NCBI GenBank assembly: GCA_035504235.1
Contig: DATJSH010000085.1
Coordinates: forward strand, 22 to 64,021
DNA: 64,000 bases
Reading direction: 5' to 3'
DNA from: Stellaceae bacterium
GTDB taxonomy: Bacteria > Pseudomonadota > Alphaproteobacteria > ATCC43930 > CGMCC-115725
A model generated the notes under the pieces. The model was not told the DNA's origin. It searched no databases and worked only from the letters and a program-made list of their open reading frames with translations. A program made the translations under genes and the position numbers. Below are positions 36,504 through 46,200 of the stretch, one piece after another; position 1 is the first letter of the stretch, and the number at the start of each line of letters is the position of its first letter.

Positions 36504-37685
36504 CTATCCCGTCAGCCGGTCCAGCCGCTTTTCGACGAGCTTGACGAAAAGGCTCGAGCCGAAGGGCAGCGCCGCGTCGTTGAAGTCGTAACCCGGGTTG
36601 TGCACCTCGCAGGCGCCTTCTCCGTCAACGTCGCCATTGCCGATTTGGATATAGGCGCCGGGGACCACGCGCAACATCCAGGCAAAATCTTCCGACGCCA
36701 TGGTTGGCGTCATCGAGCGGTTGATGTTCTCCTCGCCGACGACGTCAGCCGCGCAATCGAGGATGAATTGCGTCTCGTCCGTATGGTTCATCAGCACCGG
36801 GAACAGCAGGCGGAAATCGAGTTCGGCCTTGGCGCCAAACCCGGCCGCGACGCTCTCGGCGATATGGCGCATCCGCTCTTCGACGAGTGTCATCACCTGG
36901 TCGCTGAAGCACCGCACGGTGCCGCCCAAAACCGCCTTGTCGGGAATCACGTTGTAGGCCTGGCCGGCATGGAAGCGGGTGATGCTCACCACCGCGGTCT
37001 CGACCGGCCGCACGTTGCGCGAAACGATCGTTTGCAAGGCCGAAGCGATGGCGGAGCCGACAACCACCGGATCGACACCGGATTCGGGACGCGCCCCGTG
37101 CGAGCCGACGCCCGTGATGTCGATGTCGAAATAGGCACCGCTTGCCATCATCGCGCCGGACCGCGTCTGGAACTTGCCGACCGCCAGTCCCGGCCGGTTG
37201 TGCATGCCGAAGAGCACATCGCACGGGAAGCGCTCGAACAGCCCGTCGTCGAGCATTGCCGACGCGCCGCCGAGCCCCTCCTCGGCCGGCTGAAAGATGA
37301 AATGCACCGTGCCGTCAAAATTGCGCGTCTGCGACAGGTACCGCGCCGCGCCGAGAAGCATCGTCGTGTGCCCGTCATGGCCGCAGGCATGCATCTTGCC
37401 GTTATGGGTGGAGCGATGGCCGAAGGTGTTGGCTTCGAGGATGGGTAAGCAGTCCATGTCGGCGCGCAAGCCGATCGAGCGCGGCGAATTGCCCACCTGC
37501 AGCCGGCCGACGAGCCCAGTCTTGCCGATGCCGCGGGTCACCTCGATGCCGAATTGTTCCAGCTTCGCCGCGACCAGGTCGGCGGTCCGCGTTTCCTCGA
37601 AGCCGAGCTCGGGATGCGCGTGGATGTCGCGCCGCCAGGCGGTCATGTCGTTGTGGTAGGCGGTGATGGCGTCAAGCGGCGGCAT
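36504..37685 (-). CDS. M20-family amidohydrolase (hippurate hydrolase / aminoacylase-like)
   Basis: ATG at 37685 inside the fused track ORF 36504..38456. WRRDIHAHPELGFEE and ACGHDGH metal-ligand motifs. Confidence 0.88.
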   Translation of the reverse strand: MPPLDAITAYHNDMTAWRRDIHAHPELGFEETRTADLVAAKLEQFGIEVTRGIGKTGLVGRLQVGNSPRSIGLRADMDCLPILEANTFGHRSTHNGKMHACGHDGHTTMLLGAARYLSQTRNFDGTVHFIFQPAEEGLGGASAMLDDGLFERFPCDVLFGMHNRPGLAVGKFQTRSGAMMASGAYFDIDITGVGSHGARPESGVDPVVVGSAIASALQTIVSRNVRPVETAVVSITRFHAGQAYNVIPDKAVLGGTVRCFSDQVMTLVEERMRHIAESVAAGFGAKAELDFRLLFPVLMNHTDETQFILDCAADVVGEENINRSMTPTMASEDFAWMLRVVPGAYIQIGNGDVDGEGACEVHNPGYDFNDAALPFGSSLFVKLVEKRLDRLTG

Positions 37686-37705
37686 GAAATTTCCCTCAAT
37701 TTTAT

Positions 37706-38461
37706 TCAGTTTAGCGCAGCGTGCGCGGCCAGCGCGAGCGTATAGAGCCCGGTCGCACCGAGCACGATGAGCGCCAGCGCCCCGGCGGCGGCCTCGCCCA
37801 TCCTGTCGCCGACCCGCAGCCCGAGGCGGCCGCCGACCCAGACAAAGGGCAAAAGGCTCAGTGCGATCAGCCAATCGCGCGCCGGCACGCCGATGAAAAT
37901 CGCATTCGCTGTCAGCGTCGCGGCGTAGATCAACGCGAAGAAGCCGATCAGTGTGGCGCGCACCGAGCGCATCGGCGCGCCACCCAGCATCAGGTAGATC
38001 AGCACCGGCGGGCCGGCCATGCCGACGAGGCCGGTGGCGACCCCGGCGACCGCGCCGACCGCGAAGTCGCCGCGCGGCCCGGTCGCGATGCAATGCGTGA
38101 TCCCGCGATAGCGCAACCACGCCAGCACGATCGCAAAGCCGGTGACAATGGTGCCGGCGACCGTCCCGACGATCGTCGGGTTCGCATGATGGAAGGCGAT
38201 AATGCCGAGCGGCAAAGCCACAAGGCTGCCGACCGTCAGGCGGCGCAGCAGACCGCGATCGGCCGAGCGATAAAGCCCCGGCATCACAAACAGCGACACC
38301 GCAAGGCTGATAATGACAATGATCGGAACCGCCTCGGCTGGGGGCGACAGCAGCAGAAAAAAAGGCACCGCCAGCACCGCGAAGCCGAACCCGTTGGTCG
38401 CCTGCAGCAGGGAAGCGGCAAAACACGTCACCACGAGCCCGGCCCAATTCGTCCAATCCAC
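37706..38461 (-). CDS. TauE/SafE family sulfite/anion exporter
   Basis: GTG at 38461 gives a ~251-aa polytopic membrane protein with the TauE-like repeat (LLQATNGFGFAVLAVPFF... and VGMAGPPVLIYLML). Confidence 0.8.
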   Translation of the reverse strand: MDWTNWAGLVVTCFAASLLQATNGFGFAVLAVPFFLLLSPPAEAVPIIVIISLAVSLFVMPGLYRSADRGLLRRLTVGSLVALPLGIIAFHHANPTIVGTVAGTIVTGFAIVLAWLRYRGITHCIATGPRGDFAVGAVAGVATGLVGMAGPPVLIYLMLGGAPMRSVRATLIGFFALIYAATLTANAIFIGVPARDWLIALSLLPFVWVGGRLGLRVGDRMGEAAAGALALIVLGATGLYTLALAAHAALN

Positions 38462-38658
38462 CGTCAGCCTGCGCCTCGCGTGCGAGCTTCTAAAGCGGTT
38501 CCGTAGGAGCGCGTCGTTATAGTCCAATGCTCCCAGGGCGTCTTGTGCACAAGGGCCGGACGGCATGGCAGCGCCTCGTAAATTCGGACGTGACGCCGCG
38601 GCCCGGCAGTAGCAAGCTTCCCACAAACCCAACAAAAGAAGACGGGAGGAGAGGCCCC

Positions 38659-40398
38659 ATGACCATCGAGCGGATGCTGAAGGAAGAGACGCCGTCGCGC
38701 GTCCTGGTGGCGCGGGTCTTGGCCGAAGCCGGCATCGAATATGTCTTTGGCATCTCCGGCGGGCATACCGGGCGCATCATCTCGGGCCTCGCGCAGGTGC
38801 AGAACCAGGTGCGCATGGTGACGGTGCGCGAGGAATCGCTCGCCGGCGTCATGGCAGAGGTGTATGGGCGCCTCACGCGGCGGCCCGGCGTGATGATCGG
38901 GCAGGGGCCGTGGGTGCTCGGCAACGGGCTGATCGGCACGCTCGAGGCGTATCTCTCGTCGTCGCCGATGGTGCTGCTGACCGATTTCTCCGATGCGCCG
39001 CATTTCCACCTGCACGCGCCCTATCAGCAGGCGACCGGCGATTACGGCAGCTGGGACGCGCGTCGTGCGTTTGGCGGCGTCACCAAGCAGGTGATGCAGG
39101 CGCACGAGCCGCTCGAAGCGGTTCAGGCGACGCAGCTCGCGATCAAGCACGCGCTTTCGGGGCAGATGGGACCGGTGGCGATCCTCTTCAGCCACGACTC
39201 ATTGGCCGGCACGATCACCCCCGACCAGCCGCCGCCGCTCTACCCGACACGCTTCTACCTGCCGCCCGATCCGCCGCCGATCGACGTGGCGCAAATCGAC
39301 CAGGCGGCCGAGCGCATCCTCGCCGCGCGAAGGCCGATCATCATCGCCGGCAACGGCGTGCGCATCTCGCAGGCCTATGAGGAATTGCAGCAGATCGCCG
39401 AGACGCTCGGCCTCCCGGTCGGCACCACGGCGGCCGGCAAGGGCACCTTTCCCGAGACGCATCCGCTCGCGCTCGGTGTGTTCGGCACGTTCGGCACGCC
39501 GGCGGCCAATGCCTGCATCGGCGAAGCCGACCTCGTGCTGGTGCTCGGCTCCAAGCTCTCGCCCAGCGACACCGCCTGGGCCAATGGCAAGCTGCTCGAT
39601 CCGACCCGGCAATCCTTCATCCAGGTCGATATCGAGCCGCGCAACGCGTCATGGACCATTCCGGCCGAGCAGGTCGTGCTCGGCGACGTCAAGGTGTTCC
39701 TCGGCCAATTGCACGAGGCGTTGCGCACCAAGGCGGGGCATCGCCGCGAGGAAGCCGAGAAGCGTGTTGCGGCGCACCGCGCCGCGCACGGCTATTTCAA
39801 CACCCCGGCCTATGACAGCGACGACAAGCCGATCCTGCCGCAGCGGGTGATCGGCGAATTGATGAAGAACCTGCCGGAAAACGCGATCGTCACCTGCGAT
39901 GCCGGCGAGAACCGCATCCTGATGACGCATTTCTACCAGACCAAGATGGCCGGTGGCTTCCTGCAGGCGGCGGGGTCGGGGCCGATGGGGTTCGGCATCC
40001 CGGCGGCACTGGCGGCAAAACTGGTGCATCCCGACCGGCCGGTCGTCGCGGTGTGCGGCGATGGCGGGTTCGCGATGACGATGAACGGCATGATGACCGC
40101 CCTCGAACACGACATCTCGATCATCACGGTGGTGTTCAACAACAACGCGCTCGGCTGGGTGCTACATGGCGGGGGACCGTTTGCCGCCGAGTTCAACGAT
40201 TTCGACCACGCCGCGATCGCCCGGGCAATGGGCTGCAAGGGCATCCGCGTCGAGGCGGCGAACGACCTGACCCCGGCGCTGCAAGAGGCGCTCGCCGGGC
40301 GGGTGCCGACCGTGATCGACGTGCGCACCTCGCTCAAGACGTCGTTCGCCGACGTCACCTCGGCGCTGGCGAACGAGGCGTCGCCGCGGCGGCGGTAG
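38659..40398 (+). CDS. thiamine-pyrophosphate-binding enzyme (acetolactate synthase large subunit-like)
   Basis: ATG at 38659. The N-terminal Pyr domain and the C-terminal GDGGFAM...NN TPP-binding motif are present. Confidence 0.88.
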   Translation: MTIERMLKEETPSRVLVARVLAEAGIEYVFGISGGHTGRIISGLAQVQNQVRMVTVREESLAGVMAEVYGRLTRRPGVMIGQGPWVLGNGLIGTLEAYLSSSPMVLLTDFSDAPHFHLHAPYQQATGDYGSWDARRAFGGVTKQVMQAHEPLEAVQATQLAIKHALSGQMGPVAILFSHDSLAGTITPDQPPPLYPTRFYLPPDPPPIDVAQIDQAAERILAARRPIIIAGNGVRISQAYEELQQIAETLGLPVGTTAAGKGTFPETHPLALGVFGTFGTPAANACIGEADLVLVLGSKLSPSDTAWANGKLLDPTRQSFIQVDIEPRNASWTIPAEQVVLGDVKVFLGQLHEALRTKAGHRREEAEKRVAAHRAAHGYFNTPAYDSDDKPILPQRVIGELMKNLPENAIVTCDAGENRILMTHFYQTKMAGGFLQAAGSGPMGFGIPAALAAKLVHPDRPVVAVCGDGGFAMTMNGMMTALEHDISIITVVFNNNALGWVLHGGGPFAAEFNDFDHAAIARAMGCKGIRVEAANDLTPALQEALAGRVPTVIDVRTSLKTSFADVTSALANEASPRRR

Positions 40399-40938
40399 TC
40401 AGCAGCTTCCGCCGCCGAACCCGCGGCGCAGCGCGGTGTAGGCGGCGGGCTCGGTCGTCGCGCTCCAGAAGCACGAGAATTTGGGGTCGCCGCGCAGTTC
40501 GTGGTCGGCGAAGGCCAGCTGGGTGTCGAGCTGCGGGCAGCCGGGATAGCCGGCGAATTTTTGCAGCTGCTCGAGCCGCGCGCTGCTCCACTGGAAGAGG
40601 TAGTGATATCCACCCGGCCCGGCGGCGCAGGCACGGAACCCACTTTCGGTGCGGGCGTGCTCGACCATCGCCTGTATCTGGAAATCCTGGTAGCCGTGCT
40701 TGTGCAGCCAGTCGACGATCTCGGCATGCGCCGCTTCCGGAGTCGGCGCAGATGTTGGTTGCGGCGCCGGTTGCGTCGAAAAAACCGAAAGAAACGGCGC
40801 TGGTTGCGGCGGCATTGGCCCCGGCACCGCTGACCCCGGCACCGGCAATTTCAGCCCTTCGAAGACCGAACACGCCGACATCGACAGCATGATGGAAAGC
40901 CACGCGACGATCGCAGCGCCGTTTCGAACCCCCCTCAT
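40399..40938 (-). CDS. lipoprotein with phage-tail-lysozyme-like domain
   Basis: Lipobox LSMSAC, a Pro-rich linker, then MVEHARTESGFRACAAGPGGYHYLFQWSSARLEQL, which resembles the Phage_lysozyme2-type fold (assignment from memory). Confidence 0.55.
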   Translation of the reverse strand: MRGVRNGAAIVAWLSIMLSMSACSVFEGLKLPVPGSAVPGPMPPQPAPFLSVFSTQPAPQPTSAPTPEAAHAEIVDWLHKHGYQDFQIQAMVEHARTESGFRACAAGPGGYHYLFQWSSARLEQLQKFAGYPGCPQLDTQLAFADHELRGDPKFSCFWSATTEPAAYTALRRGFGGGSC

Positions 40939-41084
40939 GGGGCCGGGAGGCTAGTGCACAAGACGCGCAATCGCAACCCGTTGGCGTCCGCGGCCGAGAT
41001 TGTCCCAGAGGTTACGGTTGACCGAAACGTAAGCCTTGCTAACTTTTGCCGGCGGATTTCGAGCGCCCGTTTGAGGAGCGAGCC

Positions 41085-42377
41085 ATGAAGCTGATGTGGT
41101 TCCACCTGATGCCCTACACCGAGCTGCCCGACGATTTCCGGGAAAAGAACCCGTCAGTGTGGGTCGACATCCATTCCTCGCTGTTCGACCCGCGGCGAGC
41201 GCACCACATGTACAACGACTTTATGGACGAGCTCGAATACGCCGCGGAATGCGGCTTTGACGCTATCTGTGTCAACGAGCATCACTCGAACGGCTATGGG
41301 CTGATGCCGTCGCCAAATCTCATCGCCAGCTCGCTGGCGCGGCGAACCACCGACACGGCGCTCTGCATCCTCGGCAACAGCCTCGCGCTCTACAATCCGC
41401 CGACCCGCGTCGCCGAAGAGTTCGCGATGATCGACTGCATCTCGGGTGGGCGCTTGATCGCCGGCTTTCCGGTCGGGTCGCCGATGGACACCTGTTTTGC
41501 CTACGGGCAGAACCCGTCGATGCTGCGCGAGCGCTATTACGAAGCGCACGACCTCGTCAAAAAGGCGTGGACCGCGCCCGACACCTTTGCCTTCAACGGC
41601 CGCTTCAACCAGCAGCGCTATGTTAATGTCTGGCCGCGTCCGATCCAGCGGCCGCACCCGCCGATCTGGATCCCTGGCGGCGGCTCGGTCGAGACCTGGC
41701 AGTGGTGCGCCGAAATGGACTATGTCTACTGCTATCTGTCGTATTACGGCTACAAGGCCGGGAAATCGACGATGGACGGGTTCTGGGCCGAGATGGCGAA
41801 GCTCGGCAAGGACCGGAACCCGAACCGCGCCGGCTTCCTGCAATTTGTCGGCGTCGCCGAGACGCGCGAGCAGGCGATGGAGCTTTACGCCGAGCCGGCC
41901 GAGTATTTCTACGGCCGCTGCCTCCACATCGACCCGCGCTTTGCCGGCCCGCCGGGCTACGCGACCGAGGAGACGCAGCGGCGCGGCATCAAGGGCATGG
42001 TCTCGCAAGCCGCCGACAACAGCCGCAACAACGAGCACCAGCGCTACGAGACCAAGTTCGCGGCGCTCGCGCGCGAGATGGACTCGATCGTCGACAAGGG
42101 CTACGTGATCGTCGGCTCGCCCGACGAGGTCGTCGAGCAACTGACCGAGGTCGCGACCAACCTCAATGTTGGCCACCTGATGATGCTTTTGCAGTTCGGC
42201 AACATGTCGAAGGAGCTCGCCAAGTACAACACGGCGCTCTTCGCCGAGAAGGTCATGCCGCGGTTGAAACACGTCCATTCGCAATGGGAAGACCGTTGGT
42301 GGCCGCGGCCCATGCACAAGGCCGAGCGCGCCGCTCCGGCGTCGTTCGTGCCGATCGCGCAGGCGGCGGCGGAGTAG
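41085..42377 (+). CDS. LLM-class flavin-dependent oxidoreductase
   Basis: ATG at 41085. MKLMWFHLMPYTELPDDF and NEHH motifs. Paralog-like to the ORF at 4895. Confidence 0.82.
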   Translation: MKLMWFHLMPYTELPDDFREKNPSVWVDIHSSLFDPRRAHHMYNDFMDELEYAAECGFDAICVNEHHSNGYGLMPSPNLIASSLARRTTDTALCILGNSLALYNPPTRVAEEFAMIDCISGGRLIAGFPVGSPMDTCFAYGQNPSMLRERYYEAHDLVKKAWTAPDTFAFNGRFNQQRYVNVWPRPIQRPHPPIWIPGGGSVETWQWCAEMDYVYCYLSYYGYKAGKSTMDGFWAEMAKLGKDRNPNRAGFLQFVGVAETREQAMELYAEPAEYFYGRCLHIDPRFAGPPGYATEETQRRGIKGMVSQAADNSRNNEHQRYETKFAALAREMDSIVDKGYVIVGSPDEVVEQLTEVATNLNVGHLMMLLQFGNMSKELAKYNTALFAEKVMPRLKHVHSQWEDRWWPRPMHKAERAAPASFVPIAQAAAE

Positions 42378-42386
42378 TCGCCGGCC

Positions 42387-43169
42387 ATGGCTGAACCCAA
42401 GATCACCACAGTCGATGTCAACGGCTTTTCCTGCCGGGTGTGGACCGCCGGCTCAGGACCGAAACTGGGCTTTCTCGCGGGGTTCGGCGGCTTGCCGCAG
42501 TGGGTGCCGTTTCTCGACGCGCTGGCAAAAGAACGCACGGTGATCGTGCCCTCGCTCCCCGGCTTTCCCGGCGGTGAGCGCGGTCATGTCGTGCTCGACG
42601 GCCATCTCGACTGGCTGCTGGCGACGCGGCAGCTGCTGGAAGGGGCGGGGCTCGCAGCCGCCGACCTCGCCGGAAGCTCGGTCGGCGGCTCGCTGGCTGC
42701 AGAGATTGCGGCGCTATGGCCGCAAATGGTCAAGCGCCTAGCGCTGATCGCGCCGTTCGGCTTGTTCGACGAAAACGACCCGGCGACCGACCCCTGGGCG
42801 CAGCGCCCCGGCGATGTCGCCGGCCTGTTCTGCGCCGACCCGGCGAAATGGGAAGCGCTCAAGGCCGAGCCCGAAGGCCATAACGACCCGGAATGGCCGA
42901 TCGAACAGGTCCGCGCCAGCGAGGCCGCGGCCCGCATCTTCTGGCCCCTCGGCAACACCAAGCTCGAAAAGCGGTTGCCGCTCATCGCCGCGCCGACTCT
43001 GCTTGTCTGGGGCAGCGAGGACCGCATCATGCCGCGCAGCTACGCCGACAAGTTCGCCCGTGGCATCAAGGTCAAGACCGCAATCAAAATCGTTCCTGGC
43101 GCCGGCCACCTCGCCGAAATCGACAAGCCCGAGGAGACGGCAGCGGCGATCCTTGACTGGACGCGCTGA
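42387..43169 (+). CDS. alpha/beta hydrolase
   Basis: Alpha/beta fold with a GSSVGG nucleophile elbow and a C-terminal GAGH. Starts 10 nt after the LLM gene. Confidence 0.8.
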   Translation: MAEPKITTVDVNGFSCRVWTAGSGPKLGFLAGFGGLPQWVPFLDALAKERTVIVPSLPGFPGGERGHVVLDGHLDWLLATRQLLEGAGLAAADLAGSSVGGSLAAEIAALWPQMVKRLALIAPFGLFDENDPATDPWAQRPGDVAGLFCADPAKWEALKAEPEGHNDPEWPIEQVRASEAAARIFWPLGNTKLEKRLPLIAAPTLLVWGSEDRIMPRSYADKFARGIKVKTAIKIVPGAGHLAEIDKPEETAAAILDWTR

Positions 43170-43261
43170 GCGCCGCCCCAGAAAAAATTGAATAAAAGCT
43201 CGTTGTGCTAGCCATCGATTTGCGCAACCCTAGGTCGCAATAGACCTGGGGGAGGGCGGCG

Positions 43262-46200
43262 ATGGCTCGGGGACAACAGACCAGCCGACGCGAGCTGTCC
43301 GAGGTCCTGGCGGAAGAATACAAGGCGATCACGGAGGAGTGGAGGGTTAACGCCGCGGTCGGAGACAAGCAGTCGATCGACATCGCCCTTGATGCCGCGG
43401 GAGATGCGGCGCGCGGCCGCACCCCAAGCCCCCCGAGTGATCCGGACATGGCAGCCGAACAAGCTCGGCGGAAATTGCTCTACAAGGTCGGCCACCAGCT
43501 CGACCTAAGCGCCCTCTGCTTGTCGGGCGGAGGCATCCGCAGCGCCGCGATTTCGCTCGGAGTCATTCAGGGGCTGGCGGATCACGGTGTGCTCGACAAG
43601 TTCGACTATCTCTCGACGGTTTCGGGCGGCGGCTATATCGGCTCGTGGCTGTCGGCCTGGCTCTACCGCGTGCGCAGGGCGGGCGGCTCGTCGGACGATG
43701 TACTGAAGCGACTCGGGTCCCGCAGGAACGCGCCGGATGTGGAGGTGCCGCCGCTCAATCATCTGCGTGAATACAGCAACTATCTTACCCCGAAGCTCGG
43801 AATTTTTTCCGCCGACACCTGGGCAGCGCTGGCGATCGTGCTGCGCAATATCGTCGTCAATTGGCTCATCCTGCTCCCGGTGCTGGCGATCCTTGTGACA
43901 GTGGTGAAGCTGATTGCGCTGGGGCTGACCGCCCCGGCGCCTCACACGCCCGCGCAGGCACTGGATCAGTGGTCCTTGGCGCAGGAGATAGAACTTAGCG
44001 TCGCGATCCTGTGCTGGGCCTGCGGCGGTGTCGGGCTGGGTTATAAGCTGTACCGGCTTTACCGGCCGGCCTATAGCCAGATCCGCCGGGGTCCGGAGCA
44101 GTTGGCCGACCAGAAAGCGATGAGGGCCGCACAGGGCTGGTTCATCTGGTTTAGCCTGTTGCCGGCCGTGATCGGCGGGTTCTGTTTTGTTTGGCTTGCC
44201 TACAACAAGTTGACGCCTGGACTTTTTTCCAACGTATTCAGTGATTTATGGCCAAATCTCGTTGCCATTGCGGCGGCGGCGCGCCATGCAATCGCCCAGT
44301 CCTTGCCCGCTGAGATCACCGCGTTCATTTCGGCCCATGTGCCCGATACATTTCCCGCGCTGGTCGTATTCGCGCTTTGTGTCTACGCTCTGGCGCTGGT
44401 AATCGGGTGGACCTTCGCGGCGGTAGCCGCCATGCAACAGGTCTTTCACCGTCCGGCCCCCATTGCTCCTGCGGCGAACGCTCCGGCCCCGAATCCTCCT
44501 GCGGCGAACTTTCCCGCGCAACCGCAGCTCAACGGAGCGAGGCGTGCCTGGGCAGCCATATGCCGATGGTTTGTGGTCATGCCCCGGTGGTTTGCCGCCA
44601 CCTTTATGGGTCGATGGTTGGCGGCCATCTTGGGCATCGGTCGGGCTCGCGCGTTCAACATCCACTTGAGCGACTTCTTGAGTTGGATCATCGCGGTTCT
44701 TGTGTTCGCGGCGATGATTTGTGGTGGCGCTTTCGTCATTAATGCGATGGGCGCCCCGATAACGGGAGGCGTTTCCATCGGAGGCGTCACGGTTCAGCGC
44801 GAGGCGCTGATCGCGATTTTCGGTGTGCCGTGGTTTCTTCTGACGACAATCCTGGCGCATGACATCTATCTGCTGCTCGACAGCACCTCGCCATACGGCG
44901 ACGTCGAGCGCGAATGGCTGGCCCGCGGCAGCGGCTGGCATTTCATTGTCGGGCTGGCCTGGATCATCCTGTTCACGGTCGTGCTGCTCGGGCCGGCGGT
45001 CTACTATTTCATGCCGCAAACCGTTCACGTCGTGACCGTCATCAGCGGCACGGTGACGGCGCTGCTCGGCAAGAGCGGCCTGACCTCCGCCTCCGGGGAG
45101 AAAAGCGACTGGAAGGGCCTCGCCGCCAATATCGGTCTGGCGGTGGCCGGCCCGATCTTCGCGGTTCTGCTGCTCATTCTGCTGTCGGTGGTGATCGACT
45201 GGGTGGTCTTTGGCTATCACTACCCCTGCCTGCCGACAGACAGCCACTGGGATCGCTGTCGCAGCGGTGACTGGCTGTTCAGTCTCCGATGGCTCCTGCC
45301 ATTGGGAATTTCGGTGCTAACCCTGCTGCTTGCCGATCGCTGTTCTAACGTAAATGCGTTCTCGCTCCATGCCGTCTATCGCAACCGGCTGATACGCTGC
45401 TTCCTCGGCGGGGCGCGCGATCCGCATCGCCATCCGGACGGTTTCACCGATTTCGACTGGGACGACGATCTGCGCGTCGCCGAATTATGGCGGTTGCCGC
45501 GTTTGAGAGGAGAATGGCGGCCGTTCCACGTTATCAACATGACGCTCAACGTCGCCGACACCAACCGCCTCTCCTGGCAGCAGCGCAAGGCGATGCCGTT
45601 TTCCGTAAGCCCACTCTCCTGCGGCAACGCCGATCTCGGCTATCGTCCGACTTGGTGCTATGCCGGGCCGCCACCCAAGCATGATCCGCAGCCTGATCAA
45701 GAAATCCGCTCCGGGATTTCCCTCGGCACAGCCATGGCGATCTCAGGTGCGGCGGTCAGCTCGAATATGGGCTACCATTCATCGATGTCGCTGTCGTTCT
45801 TGCTGACGTTCTTCAACGTTCGGCTGGGCGTGTGGCTCGGGAACCCCGGCAAAGCAGGGCAAAGGTCCTTTGTTTCGTTGGCCCCCCAGCCTTACGAGGC
45901 AGAGGGCCCCCCTTTCGCCGTTCGACCGCTCGTAAGCGAGTTGTTTGGGCTGACATCGGGTGACAGCCAATTTGTCTACCTCTCCGATGGCGGACATTTC
46001 GAGAATTTGGGTCTTTACGAGATGGTCCGGCGGCGGTGCCGGTGGATTGTCGTCGTCGATGCCGGCCAAGATGCGTCGCGTGGGTACGCCGACTTGGGCA
46101 ATGCGGTGCGCAAGATCTGGATCGACCTCGGTATCCGGGTGACCTTTGATAATTCGCCGCTGTTGAAAGCCGACAAGGATGCCAAGCCCGATGGTGTGCC

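Noticed and set aside
36504-38456. 650-aa ORF suggesting a fused membrane-amidohydrolase protein
   Set aside because: The N-terminal ~255 aa are an out-of-frame read over the TauE gene, which is really encoded by the 37706..38461 frame. The M20 amidohydrolase begins at the internal ATG at 37685 with its canonical N-terminus.
41154-42317. 387-aa antisense ORF over the LLM gene at 41085-42377
   Set aside because: It is a shadow ORF with no motifs. The sense frame has strong family features.
44246-45247. 333-aa antisense ORF inside the patatin-like gene
   Set aside because: It has Arg/Gly/Asp-rich low-complexity composition. The sense frame encodes coherent TM helices and catalytic motifs.
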